Shown one piece after another: positions 47,041 through 60,528 of a stretch of 64,000 nt of DNA. The DNA lies in assembly GCF_000315625.1 (NCBI RefSeq), contig NW_005434614.1:2402-66401 (forward strand), read 5' to 3'. Origin of the DNA: Guillardia theta CCMP2712. Taxonomy: Eukaryota > Protista > Cryptophyta. The position numbers and the translations under genes are program-made. Below the pieces are notes generated by a model, which was not told the DNA's origin, made no database searches, and saw nothing but the letters and a program-made list of their open reading frames with translations. Each line of letters opens with the position of its first letter. Within the stretch, counting starts at the first letter, position 1.

Positions 47041-48295
47041 TCAGAACAAAGCTCTCACTCCGTTCTCATCGTACTGAGCACCAGGCCTCTTGATGACGTT
47101 GCCATCGTCGTCGATGTACTGCACACAAAGTCACCACACTTGATGTCAAAAGTGTCGACGATGACGGGAAATGAAAAAAAGGAAGACTACAAATCAACTA
47201 ATTGACAGAACGAGAACATGTACAAACTGGTCGACAGCAAGAACACCGTGAAAAATATCTACAAAGACATGGGTAAGGACTTTGTTCACGCACCTCGCTC
47301 TTCTGTTGCAAGACAAATCTGCTGAACCTGAGTGCAGATGTCATGGACCAATTTACACAAACAAGGCAAGTCATAATAACTCAAGCCTAAAACAACAAGA
47401 CACATCACGACAACAGTTTCAACATCATCAGTCGTTTCGACAACAGTTTCGACATCATCAGTCGTTTCGACAACAAGACAGCGAGACGTACAGCTTGAAG
47501 AGAATCTTGTCAGTTGTCAGGAACTCAACAGAGGATCCTTGCTCTGTCGTTGAAAGAATCTTGGGAACCAAATCCGCAGCCACCTAGGGGTCGTCAAAAA
47601 CAAAATCAGTCCTTGCCTCCTCCCTGCCTCCCTGCTTCCCTCTCTCCCTGCTTCCCTCTCTCGTTTCCTTTCTCTTCCCCTCACTCCCCCCTGTCCTTCC
47701 TGCTCACTCGCTCCTCGTTCCTCGCTCGTTTGCCTTGCTCCCCCCACACCATCACCACCCATCTCCCCTCCCTTTTCTCACCTCCTCGGGCTGAGCCGCG
47801 AGTACTCCAAAGGGGAACTTGCGGAGCTCTACGTGCACTGATATCAGAAAAAATCCCTTCCCCTCTCCTCCCTTCCTCTCCTCCTCCCTTCCTCTCCTCC
47901 TCCCTTCCTCTCCTCCTCCCGTCTCCACTTCCCCTTCCCTCCCATTTCCTCTCCTTCTCCCCTCTCCTCTCCTGCTTTTCTCCTTCCCTCTCTTCCTCCC
48001 CGTCCCTTCCCTCCCCTCCGCTCTCTCTCCTTCCTTCCTCCCCTCCCTCCTCACCAGGCGTCGAGTCATCGAGCAGCAGCTGGGTGAAGACCATGCCTGG
48101 GGAGAGGGTATGCACCTGCTGCGGGTTCACAACAAGGAACAAGAGGCCAACAAACAAGAGACCTTGACGTCTCCCGGATACTCCTTCTTCTCGTATCCCT
48201 GCACTCCCTGCGGACAAATCACTCCTCCTGCCCCTCCAACCTTAATCATCATCTCCATCATCATCATCTCCATCATCATCATCATTCTCATCATT

Positions 48296-48328
<33 letters not shown>

Positions 48329-49803
48329 TCCATCATCATCATCTCCATCATCATCATCATCTCCGGTCGTCCGTTTCCTCTTCTCACCTTGGTGAGCTCA
48401 TCTACAAGTGACTTGGTCATCTGCGGCTGGCCGCGCTTGGTTGCTCCGTAGCAGACGTATCCTATCAGCCCGTCAGAGCGAGGGGGAGGGGGGGGATGGA
48501 GCGGAAGAGGGAGAGGGGACGGAGAGTTTACCTGGAGTTCCTCCTCCCTTCACGCCGCTGCACGTACAGCAATCTTACTATGCAAACTCAAGTAGGAGGA
48601 GCGGGAGAGAGGAGGAGAGGAGGAAATGGAAAGACGAGAAGGAAAACTTTTGGGAGGTCTCAGGGGGAGGAGAGGCAAAAGCGAGCGCACGGGAGGGGGC
48701 AGGGACAGCAGGAGCAGGAGCAGGAACAAGGAGGGGAGAAAGAGGAGGAGGAGCGTCACCTGCCAACGGTGTTGAAGACGTGCGAGGTAACGCCCGGCTG
48801 CTGGAGCATGGTCTTCATCGCGTACTGTTCCCTCCAGTCACCCACGGGAGGAGAGAAACATGCTGCTTCCTTACCTGAGTGCACAGGAGCGCTCCTAGCA
48901 GATTGACCTTGACGACGGCCTCAACCTGTCGATCAAGATCAGGAGACGCGGTAGAGAGCAGGGTTGTCGTCAGCGAGGTGCGTCGTCATTCTCTGCTCCT
49001 CATCCCCTCCAATCATCGACATCAGCATCAGCATCAGCATCAGCATCAGCATCAGCATCAGCATCAGCATCAGCATCAGCATCGCCGATGTCGTCATCTC
49101 CGATATCATCAGCATTAGCATTAGCATCAGTATCGTCGTCGTCGTCGTCGTCGTCATCATCATCATCATCTCTACTCCTTGTTAACAGGTCGTTCATTCA
49201 ACCTGCTCGACAGGAACATCGACGAACGCTCTCCTTCCTCCGTTGATGCCAGCGTTGTTGATCCAGTAGTTGATGGTGCCTGGAGCAGGGCGACGTCAGG
49301 AGGGCGTCGGTAGGAGATGGCGGCACACACCGAGCTTCTCCTTGGCGAAGGAAGCGAGCTGAGAAACACTGTTCTTGTCGCTGACGTCGGTGATGATCTC
49401 GTAGAGCTGTGCGTTGCTGTGCTTCTTCCTCAGGGCGTCAGCAGCCTGCGAGATCTTGGGGGAGATGTCGCAGATGACGACGCGATGTCCTCGGGCGAGA
49501 AACTCGTCAGCGTAGGAGAACCCGACTCCTCCTGCTGCTCCTGTGATCACCACACCGAAGGACGACGCTCGGGCTCCTCTCAACCCCTCCGAGCGCTGCC
49601 AGCTCGCTGCCGACAGAGCTGGCGCACCGACCTGCCTCGAGGCTCCGGCGAGAGAGAAGGATGATCTTCCGAGAGGCGAGGAGGGGGAGGAGGAGGCATG
49701 GAAAGCCTTGGAGGAAGCGAAGGAGGTGGAGGGGAGGGAGGAGGGAGCGAAGGCTCCCGCTCCCGCCGCCATCGTCGCCAACAGCGCTAGCGCGGCCGCC
49801 ATG
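47041..49803 (-). CDS. Plastid-targeted short-chain dehydrogenase/reductase, NYC1/NOL (chlorophyll b reductase)-like
   Basis: MAAALALLATMAAGAGA-FAP bipartite signal; VVITGAAGGVG; WINNAG; VNLLGALLC; YGATKRG (YxxxK); VHTLSPGMVFTQLLL; ends YIDDDGNVI...RALF*. Confidence 0.85.
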
Positions 49804-49919
49804 TAAGAGATCCGAAGGTATTGAACCGGTTCGATCCGATGGCCAATAAGCGCTCCATCCGATTTGAATCGAATTGGAGAGATGCTCTGAGGCAAGTCCA
49901 GAACTTGTACCGTAAATTG

Positions 49920-50305
49920 GATCCACCCTACCCCACCTACTGTACCATCAATGTGGTACAGTGAGTACCCCTTCTAGACTACAATACTACCCCACCCTGA
50001 TAGGCTTTGTTGAAGAACTTGCGCTCCACCACCCCTGCAATCGTTGAGCTTCCTTCGACTTCCCTTTTCCTACCCACGACCTTCATGTCGCACCCCCCCC
50101 ACTTTAACCCCTACCCCCTCAAATTATATGAATTTAACCCCCAGTATCCCACACTTCCAGACGACAAAATCGCCCCACCCTGTAGTTATTCCTGCGACTC
50201 TACATTGTCTCACCCCTACCCCACCATATTCCTTGTACCACCCCCCTTAACATCTGTACCCTGGTCATAATGACCACCCCACCCTTGTACCTTCACCGCT
50301 ACCTC
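49920..50305. promoter_or_regulatory. TACCCC-rich divergent intergenic region
   Basis: Dense CCCTACCCC/GTACCCC/CACCCC between ATG 49803 (-) and ATG 50312 (+). Confidence 0.6.
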
Positions 50306-50311
50306 TCAGCA

Positions 50312-50749
50312 ATGCTCGCTCTTCGCCGCAATGCACTTCGCGCGGTATGGCAGCCTCAGACTCTTCGAGCCGAACTGAAACCTGATCATGCTTGCGATAT
50401 GCCCTCTTGACATCAGCTACAACCATCTCCTCTCCACTCGCCTCCTCTTTCCTTCACACAGCTCATCCTTCGCTCAGTTGTTACTTTTGCTCTCGTTCCT
50501 GATGTTAACGTTGTATCTGCTTCGAGTTGGTCTTCTTAGCGATCGATCGAGATGGTTTGCTTCTTTGACATCTTCTTGTCTCTTTCAATCTTCTTATTTC
50601 CTGTTCCTTGATGTGTTGGAACTCCTTCATGTCCCGTTCCACCTCAGTCGCATCTTGGCCCTGCTGGGTTGATGAACTTGGTCATTCTTGCCTGCATCGT
50701 CTTCCTCAAGTCAACCTTTGTTATCCATCATCATCATCTCTATCATCAT

Positions 50750-50781
<32 letters not shown>

Positions 50782-50860
50782 GCAGCATCGTCATCATTAG
50801 CACCTTCATCATCATCATCATCTCCATCATCATCTCTATCATCATCTCCATCATCATCAT

Positions 50861-50910
<50 letters not shown>

Positions 50911-52311
50911 GAACCTCCATCATCATCATCAGCAGTAGCATCAGCATCATCATCATCATCAGCAGCAGCATCATCATCATCATCATTCCTCTCCTTCTCC
51001 TCATCCTCCTCCTTTCACCTTCTATGGATTGTCCTCGTGGCGTCTTCTTGACATCTTCGTTTAGGTGGCAAAAGGAACTCGGCACTTCTCCAAGAATCCT
51101 GACACTGAAACTTACCGGATCAAGTCCCAGGTTAGCGACGAGCAGTCACGACGTTTTTGTTTCAATGTTCATTCATGTGTGCTGACGAAAAAATGTATTG
51201 GATGTCTACTTGCACTTCTGACAATGTTTGTTGAATGCAGTCTTTGACAACCGACGTCTTCACTGGCTTCATAGCAGCCGTGAAGCAGTTCGGTATGTGA
51301 ATGACAATTGCGAGGCCCTGTGGTTGAAACGCTCCTCAAGGTTGGAGAGACATCTGGAAGCAACTCAGACAGTGCAAGGAGGCCAAGGTACATCACCGCT
51401 TCCTGCTGATTGTATCTGCAAGAATCTTATACTCTTTTGATCTTGCTCCTCCTCTACCACCACCTCCTCCTCATCCTGCCTCCTTCGCCTACGTCTGCCC
51501 TTCTTACTCCCTGTCTCATTCCCTTTGCCTTTCCGTTTGCTTTCGTCCATCCTGAATGTAAGAATGGTGTAGGTTGGAACTTTGGTCGGAACAGACAAAT
51601 TTGGGAACCGGTATTACGAGAACAGAGAAGATCAGTACCTGCGCGACAGGTCTGTCCCAGCTCTTGTGTCAACGAGCCTCTGAAGACATTGATCAGATGG
51701 GTCGTCTATAACACCGAAAAAATCCACATGGACTATGATCCAGCTCTGGTGAGTAACGAAAGCCTTGTCTTGTTAGAAACAAACATACTCCCACTGCTTG
51801 TTGACAACCTTGAGGTGAGTTGTGTCGTTCTGACTGTGATGTCTCAAGGTGCCGCCAGAGTGGCATGGTTGGCTGCACCATATCACCGATACCACCCCAG
51901 ATGAGATCAAGAGGAAGGTTGGGTTGCTCTCGGCGCTGAGACCTGGCTGATGCTCCCTGGCAGCACGGAGATGCGAAGTTCTTGACCGAGAAACAGTACA
52001 GTGAGGAGAAGCAGACTGGGCGAGATGTGAACGTGAGACGAGCGAGCGGTGCGAGATGGGTCCTGACGACAACATGCGCTCATGCAGTACAAGAACCCTG
52101 GGCATCTCCTTGGAGGAAGAGCGCGTGGTGACGGTTATTTGTCCAAGTCTGGCAGCGTCCGACCTGTGAGTTTGGAAGGCCTCAATGTCTCTTGTTGTCC
52201 CTCGATCGTTTGTCTCTTGTTGTCCCTGACAATCGGTTTGTTTGTTGTTGTCCCTGACAATCGCTTCAGGCATTCGAACCCTACGATCCCAAAGCTGATA
52301 ATTACGTTTAA
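50312..52311 (+). CDS. NDUFA12: Complex I accessory subunit NDUFA12 (B17.2)
   Basis: Mitochondrial-type N-terminus MLALRRNALR; GTLVGTDKFGNRYYE; RWVVY; VPPEWHGWLHH; last exon AFEPYDPKADNYV*. Confidence 0.93.
50725..50990. repeat. Intronic (CAT/CAG)n microsatellite; similar tracts at 16786-17000, 48245-48362, 49015-49170
   Basis: Direct reading of ATC/CAT, CAG and CATCAG runs. Confidence 0.95.
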
Positions 52312-52857
52312 TCTGCCGCGCTGTCAATTTTTTGTGCATGATTTTCAAGATGGAAGGGTTCAAACAGCTACAGCTTCTACAACAGCACAGCTGTTTTCTT
52401 GCTTCCTACTTCGATCGAAATGAAAATTGTGTTGATTTACCAGCATGCCTGCTCGCTGCCTCATGAAGGTGTCCTTCTGATCCATCCGACGTGACATGCT
52501 CAGTTGTAGTTTTTCAAACGCTCACGATCGTTTCAATGAGAGTTGTCGGAGGAGCCTACCTCTCCAACTTCCTGGGAAGTTGCCAACAGATCGGCACCAG
52601 CAACATCACAAAACTCCTTGACATCGCAGTATCCTTTCGCTCAATCCCAAAGTTTTTTCTTCAAGTCCCTTCACAACTTCCTTCCCTTCTCCCTGTAGCC
52701 TTCCTTTGCATCCACGTCGCCCCTCCCTCTTCCTCCCTCTCCCTCCTCTCCCTCCTCCTCCCCCCCCCCGTCCATCGCACCATCATCCGCCGCACCCGCT
52801 GTCCTGATCGCAACCCCCTCCCCTTCCCCTGGCTGCTTTTTCGTTAGGGCCGCCGCC

Positions 52858-54520
52858 ATGGGGCAAGTGACCTCAGTCTTACCGCACGAGGGGGGGGGCG
52901 GGGCACAGACGACACAGAGCTTGCAGGAGCTGGAGGATGGTAGAGATGGGAACGAGTACTTCCTGACGTCCTTCGACCATGGCGGAGCCGCCCTGACGGC
53001 TGAAGACGACTTTCTCCTTGCCCGTGCACACGGTACTCTGCTTGACGACTTCGACGAGGAGGAAGCGAGGAGCAGGAGGAGGGGGGAGGAGGAGTGGACA
53101 AGGTACAGCAACAAGCCTGACCTGATCACGTTCGATGATCTCGTGTCCTTGGACAACGGGGAGGAGAGAGACGTGAGCGACGGGGAGGAGGAGTATCCTC
53201 CCGCGAGCGCAAGTGCGTCGGGCCAGGTGCAGGGGAGGAGGAGGAGGGTGTCGGTGGAGGTGACGGCCGGTGAGAACAGGAGGAGAGTAAGCTGCAGCTC
53301 CTGCAAAACCTGAGCGACGTTGAGAGCAAGCTGGTGGACAAGTACCGAGAGTACGCGCGGCTACACCATGACATCGTGCCGATCAAGGTGAGAAACAAGT
53401 TGAGACAACAAACATGCTACCATTTGACTTGCTGATCATGTAGAATCGAGACAAGTCGAACCTCTTCTACAGGTTGCTTCCCCTTCTTCCACTCACAACT
53501 CCCGCTGATGCTCCTCGCCAGACCGCAGGGACAGTCGCCGGGCTGGCATCCGGGAGGGAGGTTTGCCTTCCGAGAGGACGCAACGGATGCGATACATGAC
53601 CTTCAGGTAGAGGAGGAGGAGACAGGAGGAGGTTTGTAGAGACGAGTCTTGTGATAACAGGAGCGAGAGATTGAGTTGGCCAAAGCTGAGAAGAAGAAAT
53701 TTTTGAAGGCGATCAAGGACGTGCGTTGGCTCCTCCCTCCCCCCTCCTCCCTCATTCCTTCCCATCCCTCCTCCCCATCTTGTCACTCTCTACCCCCTCC
53801 TCTCTTGCTCTCCTCCTCCCTCCTCCCTCTCCCCTCCCCGCTCCCTCCCCGCACTCCTCCCCGTGCCTGCTGCAGTGACTGACGGTTGCGAGAGCAGCGG
53901 ATTGAGCTGAAGAAGCAGAGGGTGAAGAAACACAACCGGGGTGCTCAAGCTCAAGTTTTCTCCTCGAAGTTCGATGTATGGAAGGGACAAGAACCCATCG
54001 ACTCTCCTCACGTCTTGCTGCTGCAGCAAGTCCTCGAGCATCAGGAGACTATGAAGAAGAAGGCCAAGAACAAGTCACTGTGAGTCGATGAGTGTGATTT
54101 GACAAGGCTCCCCTGACGCTCCTGCTTGCTCCAACAGCAACGCCACCATGACGAAACAGCGAGTCATGGAGGAGAGCTGCGAGAGGATGGAGAAGGTGAA
54201 GAGCCCATGAAGCAACGCTGCCCTGACAACATGCAAACAAGGACTTGCAAATCCATCAGGCGCGGGAGTTACGTCATGCCAACTATTACAAACAGCAGCG
54301 AATCCAGGAACTTCCTCCCCCCTTGTGCTCCCCGACGTCTGACAAGTTTAGCAGGAGGTGGTGGACCGCCGGCTGCACTCCCTCGCTCGTGCTCGGCGAT
54401 CGATCCACCACATCGAGGTTGAGCAGGAACTACTATGATAAGACAATCGTTCATTCCCTCCACTTCTGTACTTGCACCTTCCCTCCCTTCACCGAGTCTA
54501 CCAGCTGCCTTGACTGCGCC
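52858..54520 (+). CDS. Hypothetical multi-exon charged/coiled-coil protein
   Basis: GCCGCC-ATG start, MGQVTS N-terminus (possible myristoylation), successive GT-AG exons (HDIVPIK, GWHPGGRFAFRED, KAEKKKFLKAIKD). End approximate. Confidence 0.55.
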
Positions 54521-54574
54521 AGGTACTTGGACGCCTCCAGCTGCTTGTACGTCGCCTCCTCCTTCATGTACCTC

Positions 54575-54938
54575 TAAGTCATCGTCACCATCAAGACCAT
54601 CTGGACGCAAGACCCCAGCTCACCTCCTGCTGCTCCGCCTCCTTCTTTCTCAGCTGGTCATAGTCCTTCATCTCCCTCATCTCGTCTCGCGCATACGCAG
54701 TCGCGTACTTGGAGACAACCCGCGGAGCGCGCATGATGTCTGCGCCGCTCGCATGCGCTCGCGCGTGCTTCAGCCTTGTCATCACTCGATGGACCCGCTC
54801 TTGCTGCTCCTCGAGCACGGGCTCTTGCCGCTGGACTCGAGACATGGCGATCAGGAGGAGGAGGAGGAGGCATGCTGCAGGCGCCAGCAGGCGACCAATG
54901 CTCCACTTCACGCTCGTCATCACAGTTACCTTCATCAT
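54575..54938 (-). CDS. Small protein with N-terminal signal/anchor
   Basis: LLAPAACLLLLLLIAM followed by a helical charged region. Donor GTGAG near 54622. Confidence 0.45.
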
Positions 54939-55599
54939 GAAACATCAGCAAGTCCTAAACCAGGGTCGACCCCTCACAACGTCATGACTCCTCGTTTCAT
55001 CTCTACATGACCATTGCCCAACCATCAAGCGCTCCGTCGTATGGAGCAGCTCTCAGCATCTCATCCTCCGCTCGATACCATGTTTAAGCATCACTCGAGA
55101 TCTCATACACCAGTACTTCTTTACCCGCTCAGCTTCCGCCGCTCCATGGGTTTCTGCGCTTCAAGTTTCTACCCTTGTGTTCTATATCTCTTATATAGAG
55201 CTCCATTGCTCTCTTCGCCCCTGCCCTTTCGCCACATGCTTGTGCATGCACCGACCTTGTCGTTGTTCTGTTTGCATTCTCAACTCTAAAGCAAATTCAA
55301 TCTGCTTCTCGTATGCTCATCATCATGTTCTTGATCATCACATATTCTTCTCATCCTCCTCATCCTCTGTCCACATAAATGCCATCATAATCGAAGTCAT
55401 CTCGATCATGATCATCGTAGCATCCTCGCCAGCATCTCCTTCTCAATTTCTATCATCTCCATGATCAATTCTCATCTTCAACCTCCTCTCTCCCTTCCTC
55501 CTCCTCCTCCTCCTCCTCCTCCTCCTCCTCCTACTCCTCTTACCTCCACTTCGCTTTCACTTCGCCATACTGGCTCCTCCTGTTCAGGTCACCAAGATC

Positions 55600-55920
55600 A
55601 GTCTCTACCACCCCTACCCCCACATACCCCACAGTCCTACCATAGACTCCACCTCTGCACTACCCCCACCCTATCACTTACGACCTTCTACATAACCCCT
55701 CCTCACATTCACATTGGGTCCGACGTACCGTACAACACTACCCCCTCTAATACCAGCACCTCCCATTAGAAAGGTGGTACCAATAAGCTGAAAATTACCT
55801 ACCCTACCCTTACTGCTCCCCAATTTGTTCTGGACCCCTTCAAATTGCATATCCCCCACCCCTATTTCACTTCGAACCCCTGCCAGGAATACCCTACCAC
55901 CCCTAGTGGTACCGACAAGC
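55600..55920. promoter_or_regulatory. TACCCC-rich divergent intergenic region
   Basis: Repeated CCCCTACCCC, ATACCCC, CTACCCTACCC directly upstream of ATG 55929. Confidence 0.55.
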
Positions 55921-55928
55921 GATCCGCC

Positions 55929-57990
55929 ATGCCCGGCCCTCTCTCTCGCCTCCTCTTGCTCCTCCTCCTCCTCTCCGTTGCAGCCCCGGCAGCTCCTGCC
56001 TCCTCCCACTCCCCTGTCCTTCATGCTTCCTCGTCCCATGGCCTTAACCCCTCCCCCTCCTTCCTTGAGCCGAGGATGCAGCCGCGTGAGAGCTATGGGC
56101 TATCACTCGAACAGTTCGAGGCTGCGGAAGAACAAGTGCAGGAGGATCAGCTAGACGCGAAATTCGAGCAAGAAGTGAACGAACTCGATGATCTTGCACA
56201 GAGAGCCTCTTCCTTTCATGTAAGAGCTGAGCGCGGGTGAGGACAAGTTATGGTGTGAACCTTACAATGCCATGCAGGATCAGTCAGTGGAGCTGTACAA
56301 GAAGATTGAGAGCGAGATGGAGTTCAACCAAAGACTCATGCATGCGATCAAGAATGCGATGCCAGAGATCGACGCCATGCAGAGGAAGCCCTCTGAGAGG
56401 ACCAACAACGTGGCTGCGATGGGACTAATGAGCGTGAGTGGTTGTCTTTGTTCAGTAGCTCTGACCCTGATACTATCATGGCAGCGACAGGAAGTCGATA
56501 CGATGGACACATGGGATGACATGCAGACAAGCTACTTCCCCGCGGAGATCGGTAGCTCTCCTGTTCACGCCATGCCGAGGATGGGCAGGGAAGGCGGGAA
56601 GATGTTGCATGAAAGCCTGCGAGCCGGGTCGTCGATTCCTCACCTTAGAGGAGGAGGAAACGTCCTGGCGTTGGCAGAGGAGAAGCCCTACACAAGTCAG
56701 GAGAGGAAGCTCAACAGGCGTCTCTGCAAGGTCTGTGTGGTGCTGACCGTCCATGGCTGACTGGTGAGTTGACAGGCCGTTGGCAACGGAAACGAGACAG
56801 CGATCCGATCGCTCATCAAGGAGGGTGCGGATCCAAACTACAAGGTCTGCTACGTGCAGCATGCTCCTCCCGCTCATCTCCTGCCAGGGATGCTCCCCTC
56901 TAGGGTTCAGCGTGATGCATGAAGCCGTGAACAGCAAGCAGATCCGAAGGTGCCGCCCAGCGCGATCATGCCGGAGCAGAGGGAGGAAGGGCACTGACGT
57001 GGTGGTGTGAGCAGCGTCGAAGTTCTTCACTCGCTGGGAGCAGACGTGACCGTAAGAGACTCTCTCGGCTGGAACCTCCTGCATCAGGCGGCGAACAACG
57101 GAGACATGGAGATGGTAAGCGCATACCTCCTTTCTTTGCTACTGCTGCCACGTTGATGCCTCCTGCGATCGCCGTGGGGCTCTCCGCGTTGCCTTGAGAT
57201 CTGCATGCTGGACCTGCTCCTATTGCCGTCGAGGAGGAGGAGGAGGAGGAGACTGACTTGCTTCCAGTGCGTCAAGCTTGCCAAGATGGGGGTCTCTGTG
57301 GACACGAAGAACAATGCTGGAAGGACGCCGTCGACCGTCGCCAAGACAGCTGTAAACTGACTTGCCTGACGGCCCTCGGCCGTCGCTCTGATTGCTGGCA
57401 TGGCAGGGAGCGCGAGAGTGCTACAAGCAGCTGATGCAGATGGAGATGGACTTCATCAAGGTTTCTTGCCTTGCGCGCTCGGCGACTGCGCTAAAAACCC
57501 TGCTGCAGAGCAAGGCGCAAAGGCCTGTGGAGGAGGAGGAGGACGATGACGATGTGAGTGAAGCTGATCGCGTTGATGTCTTGACCTTGTCTCACCCTCG
57601 TTACCAGGACGAGGAGGACGACGACGAGGTGTGCACAGCGACGTGACCAGTCGGACTTTGCGATGATTCATGACGTCCTACAGGACCAAGAGGAGGCACA
57701 GCTGAAAAAGCAGCTGGAGGAGGAGCGTGCGGAGCAGGTCAATCATCTCAATTGCTCGCCGTGTATCGTTTTTTTCACCGCATACAAACAGGAGAAAAAG
57801 TTGGCGCAGAAGAAGTCGAGCAGCAAGCAGAAGCAGTAGAAAAGGAGGACATCAACCGCTCTCCTCCTCCTCCTCCTCTCTCTCTCCTCCTCCTCTCCTC
57901 TCCTCCTCCTCCTCCTCTCCTCGCGTTAGGTCATGGTGGGGTGGTCGCTGCCGCTGTCTCGCTGCACCACGCAGATCCCCGCGCGCTCTC
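55929..57990 (+). CDS. Ankyrin-repeat protein with signal peptide; end approximate
   Basis: [20 protein letters not shown]; AVGNGNETAIRSLIKEGADPNY; VMHEAV; LGADVTVRDSLGWNLLHQAANNGD; DTKNNAGRTP. Confidence 0.82.
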
Positions 57991-58255
57991 TGCGCAGCTC
58001 CATCTGCCCCTGCATGTCAGCACGAGGAATACGTCGAGTCTTGTGGTTACAAGGAGAAGAGCTGGGGGAGGTGGTGGAAAGAAAGGGGGTGTAATTTTTC
58101 TTGTGGGTTGACGAAGAGGAGGAGGAGGAAAAGGAAGATTAGAAAATCAATGAGTGACCTGATAACAAATTTCACTGTTTTGATCTCCTGCTGCTTGTCG
58201 AGCCTGAACACGATTGTCATGAAGAAATATTATCTCCATCATCATCACAACCACT

Positions 58256-58289
<34 letters not shown>

Positions 58290-58309
58290 TCATTATCTCT
58301 TTCTCCATC

Positions 58310-58851
58310 TCCATTGTCATCGTTTCAGGTCACCATCGTCAAGTGGACGGTTGTTCCAGCCCGTCCCAGCAATTTAGTTCGAAGTTCGTTGGCCTGCGGA
58401 GGAGGATAAGGTACAGGATAGGCTACTCCCCAGCCCCTCATCTCTCCTCGTCCTCCTATCCCATCCTCGGCTTGTAACTCCTCCCCGTCCATGTCCCTTT
58501 CTCTTTTAATCCTCCTCAGGCAATCCTCCTCTTACTCCTTCTCCGTCTCCGTCTCACCCTACTCTCCCCGCAATCCTTCCCCCCTCCTTCCCGTCCTCCT
58601 CTTCCTCCTCTCCCAATCCCTTGTTCTCACCGTGCAGGAACCAACAAACGGATGCCCATCCACTTCAACGATCCTGCTCAGCCTCTTACTCTCCTCTCCT
58701 CCACTGCAGGAAGTCAGTCCTACCTGTCCCCCGCCCTGATCACGTGGCCCCATCCCTCTCGCTCGCATCGTTCATTGTGTCGGGAGGCACTGCTCTCGGG
58801 GAGGATAGAAAAGACAACCTAGAGGAAGCGATCAACAAAAGGAGGAGGATC

Positions 58852-58913
<62 letters not shown>

Positions 58914-60528
58914 CAAGTGGTGGTGATAGTGGTGGTCGTGATAATGGCGGTGGTGGAGGAGGAGATTTCTCACTAGGTTTCCACTCCTGTCGAGTCTGAA
59001 CATAATGCCGCAACTGACGCCGCTCTCACCGCCTGCTCCCTCCTCAAGGCACCTGCAGCACCAGCAGCGTCATGCTACAGGAACGTCCCTCCTTGATCCT
59101 TCATCTCTCACTCGTCAAGGAGGAAGGACGTCTCCGATCCCTCCAGCGCCAGCGCCTCCATCATCTCCTCCGTCACGTCCTCGTCCTCAACCCCCGTCGC
59201 TGACACCGAGAAGGCGTTCCGGAAGATGCCCCGCACGTTGGGCTTCGATCCCAGCAGGAAGTTCTTGAGAGCTTGTCGCTTCCACCCTCTCACCCTCCCC
59301 TTCTCCTTCCCGCTCACCTGAAGCCCCCCCCTGCCCGCCTCCTCCGCCTGCCGATGCCCACTGGCGTGCCGCACCTGCTGCTTCTCCTCCTCCTTCTCCT
59401 CCCGATGGTGCACTCTTGTCTCGTCCATCGTCCTCCTCTCGATCGACCGTAGGTCGTCATGGTTCTTGCAGCAGCTGACTTCTCCCGGGATCCCCCATGG
59501 CGGGTTGGCAGGGTCGACCTGCGCGATCGCCATGGAGATCCTCTCAACCCACTTCTCGGCCTCTGCGAGGGAGGACGACTGCATGTACCAGGAGGCGCTC
59601 TCCCTCCCCTCCCCCTCCACCACCTGCAGCACATGATTCTCGGCATCTACCAGCGCTACCCTCGACTTGGGTTGCAGCAGGATTTGACCCCTGGGGAGCT
59701 TCACGCCTTCGGAGATCTTGAAGTAGGACAGGATCCCGTACTGCAGGAGGAACTTCCTCCGTACCCACTTCTTCCTCCACTTGTCCCCCCTCTTGGTCAA
59801 GAACCCTTCGTGCCTGATCGTCGGCGCATGCTCCCTTCCCCTCCCCACCTCCTCCCCCGATGCGCTCGCTGTCATCCATTCGTGGATCCGTTCTGCATTC
59901 TTGTAGAGCGCATCTTCGCCGGCACTCAACCTCTCATCCTCTTCCTCCTCTGCTTCATCTTCCTGCCCCTCCTGCCCCTTCTGTTCCTCCTGCTGTCCCT
60001 CCTGCTGTCCCTCCTGCTGTCCCTCCTGCTGTCCCTCCTGCTGTCCCTCCTGCTGTCCCTCCTGCTGTCCCTCCTCCTGCCCCTCCTCCTGCCCCTCCTC
60101 CTGCCCCTCCTGCCCCTCCTCTCCCTCCTGAGCTCTCGAGGCTACCGGTTCCTGCCCCTGTACACCTTCCACTTGCCCTGCTTCAACTGCTGCATCCTCC
60201 TCCCATCTCCCTTCCTCTCCCTCGTTCTCTCCTTCATGCTCCCTCTGCTCGCCCTCCCCGCCGCCATCGCCACCTCCCCCGCCCCCTCCACCTCCTTGGG
60301 CATTGCGCCTCTTCCCCTTTTTCCCCTGCGACTCTTTAGGGTGCTGCCCCCCGAAGCGTCCCCTGCCGTCCCCGTCCCCTGCCGCCGATGCGCTGCTATG
60401 ACGAATCCGCTGACTGCTCTGACTTTCTCCCCCGTCCTCCCCCTCCTCTCCACCACCTGGAAGTACTCCATCGCACCTCCTCCTCACTCCCTCCATCACC
60501 CTTTCTCCTCAATCGGATCCCTGGGCAT
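58310..60528 (-). CDS. PH-domain protein with EGQQ repeat linker; 3' end approximate
   Basis: HEGFLTKRGDKWRKKWVRRKFLLQYGILSYFK...PRGQILL...SSSLAEAEKWVERI. Confidence 0.85.
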
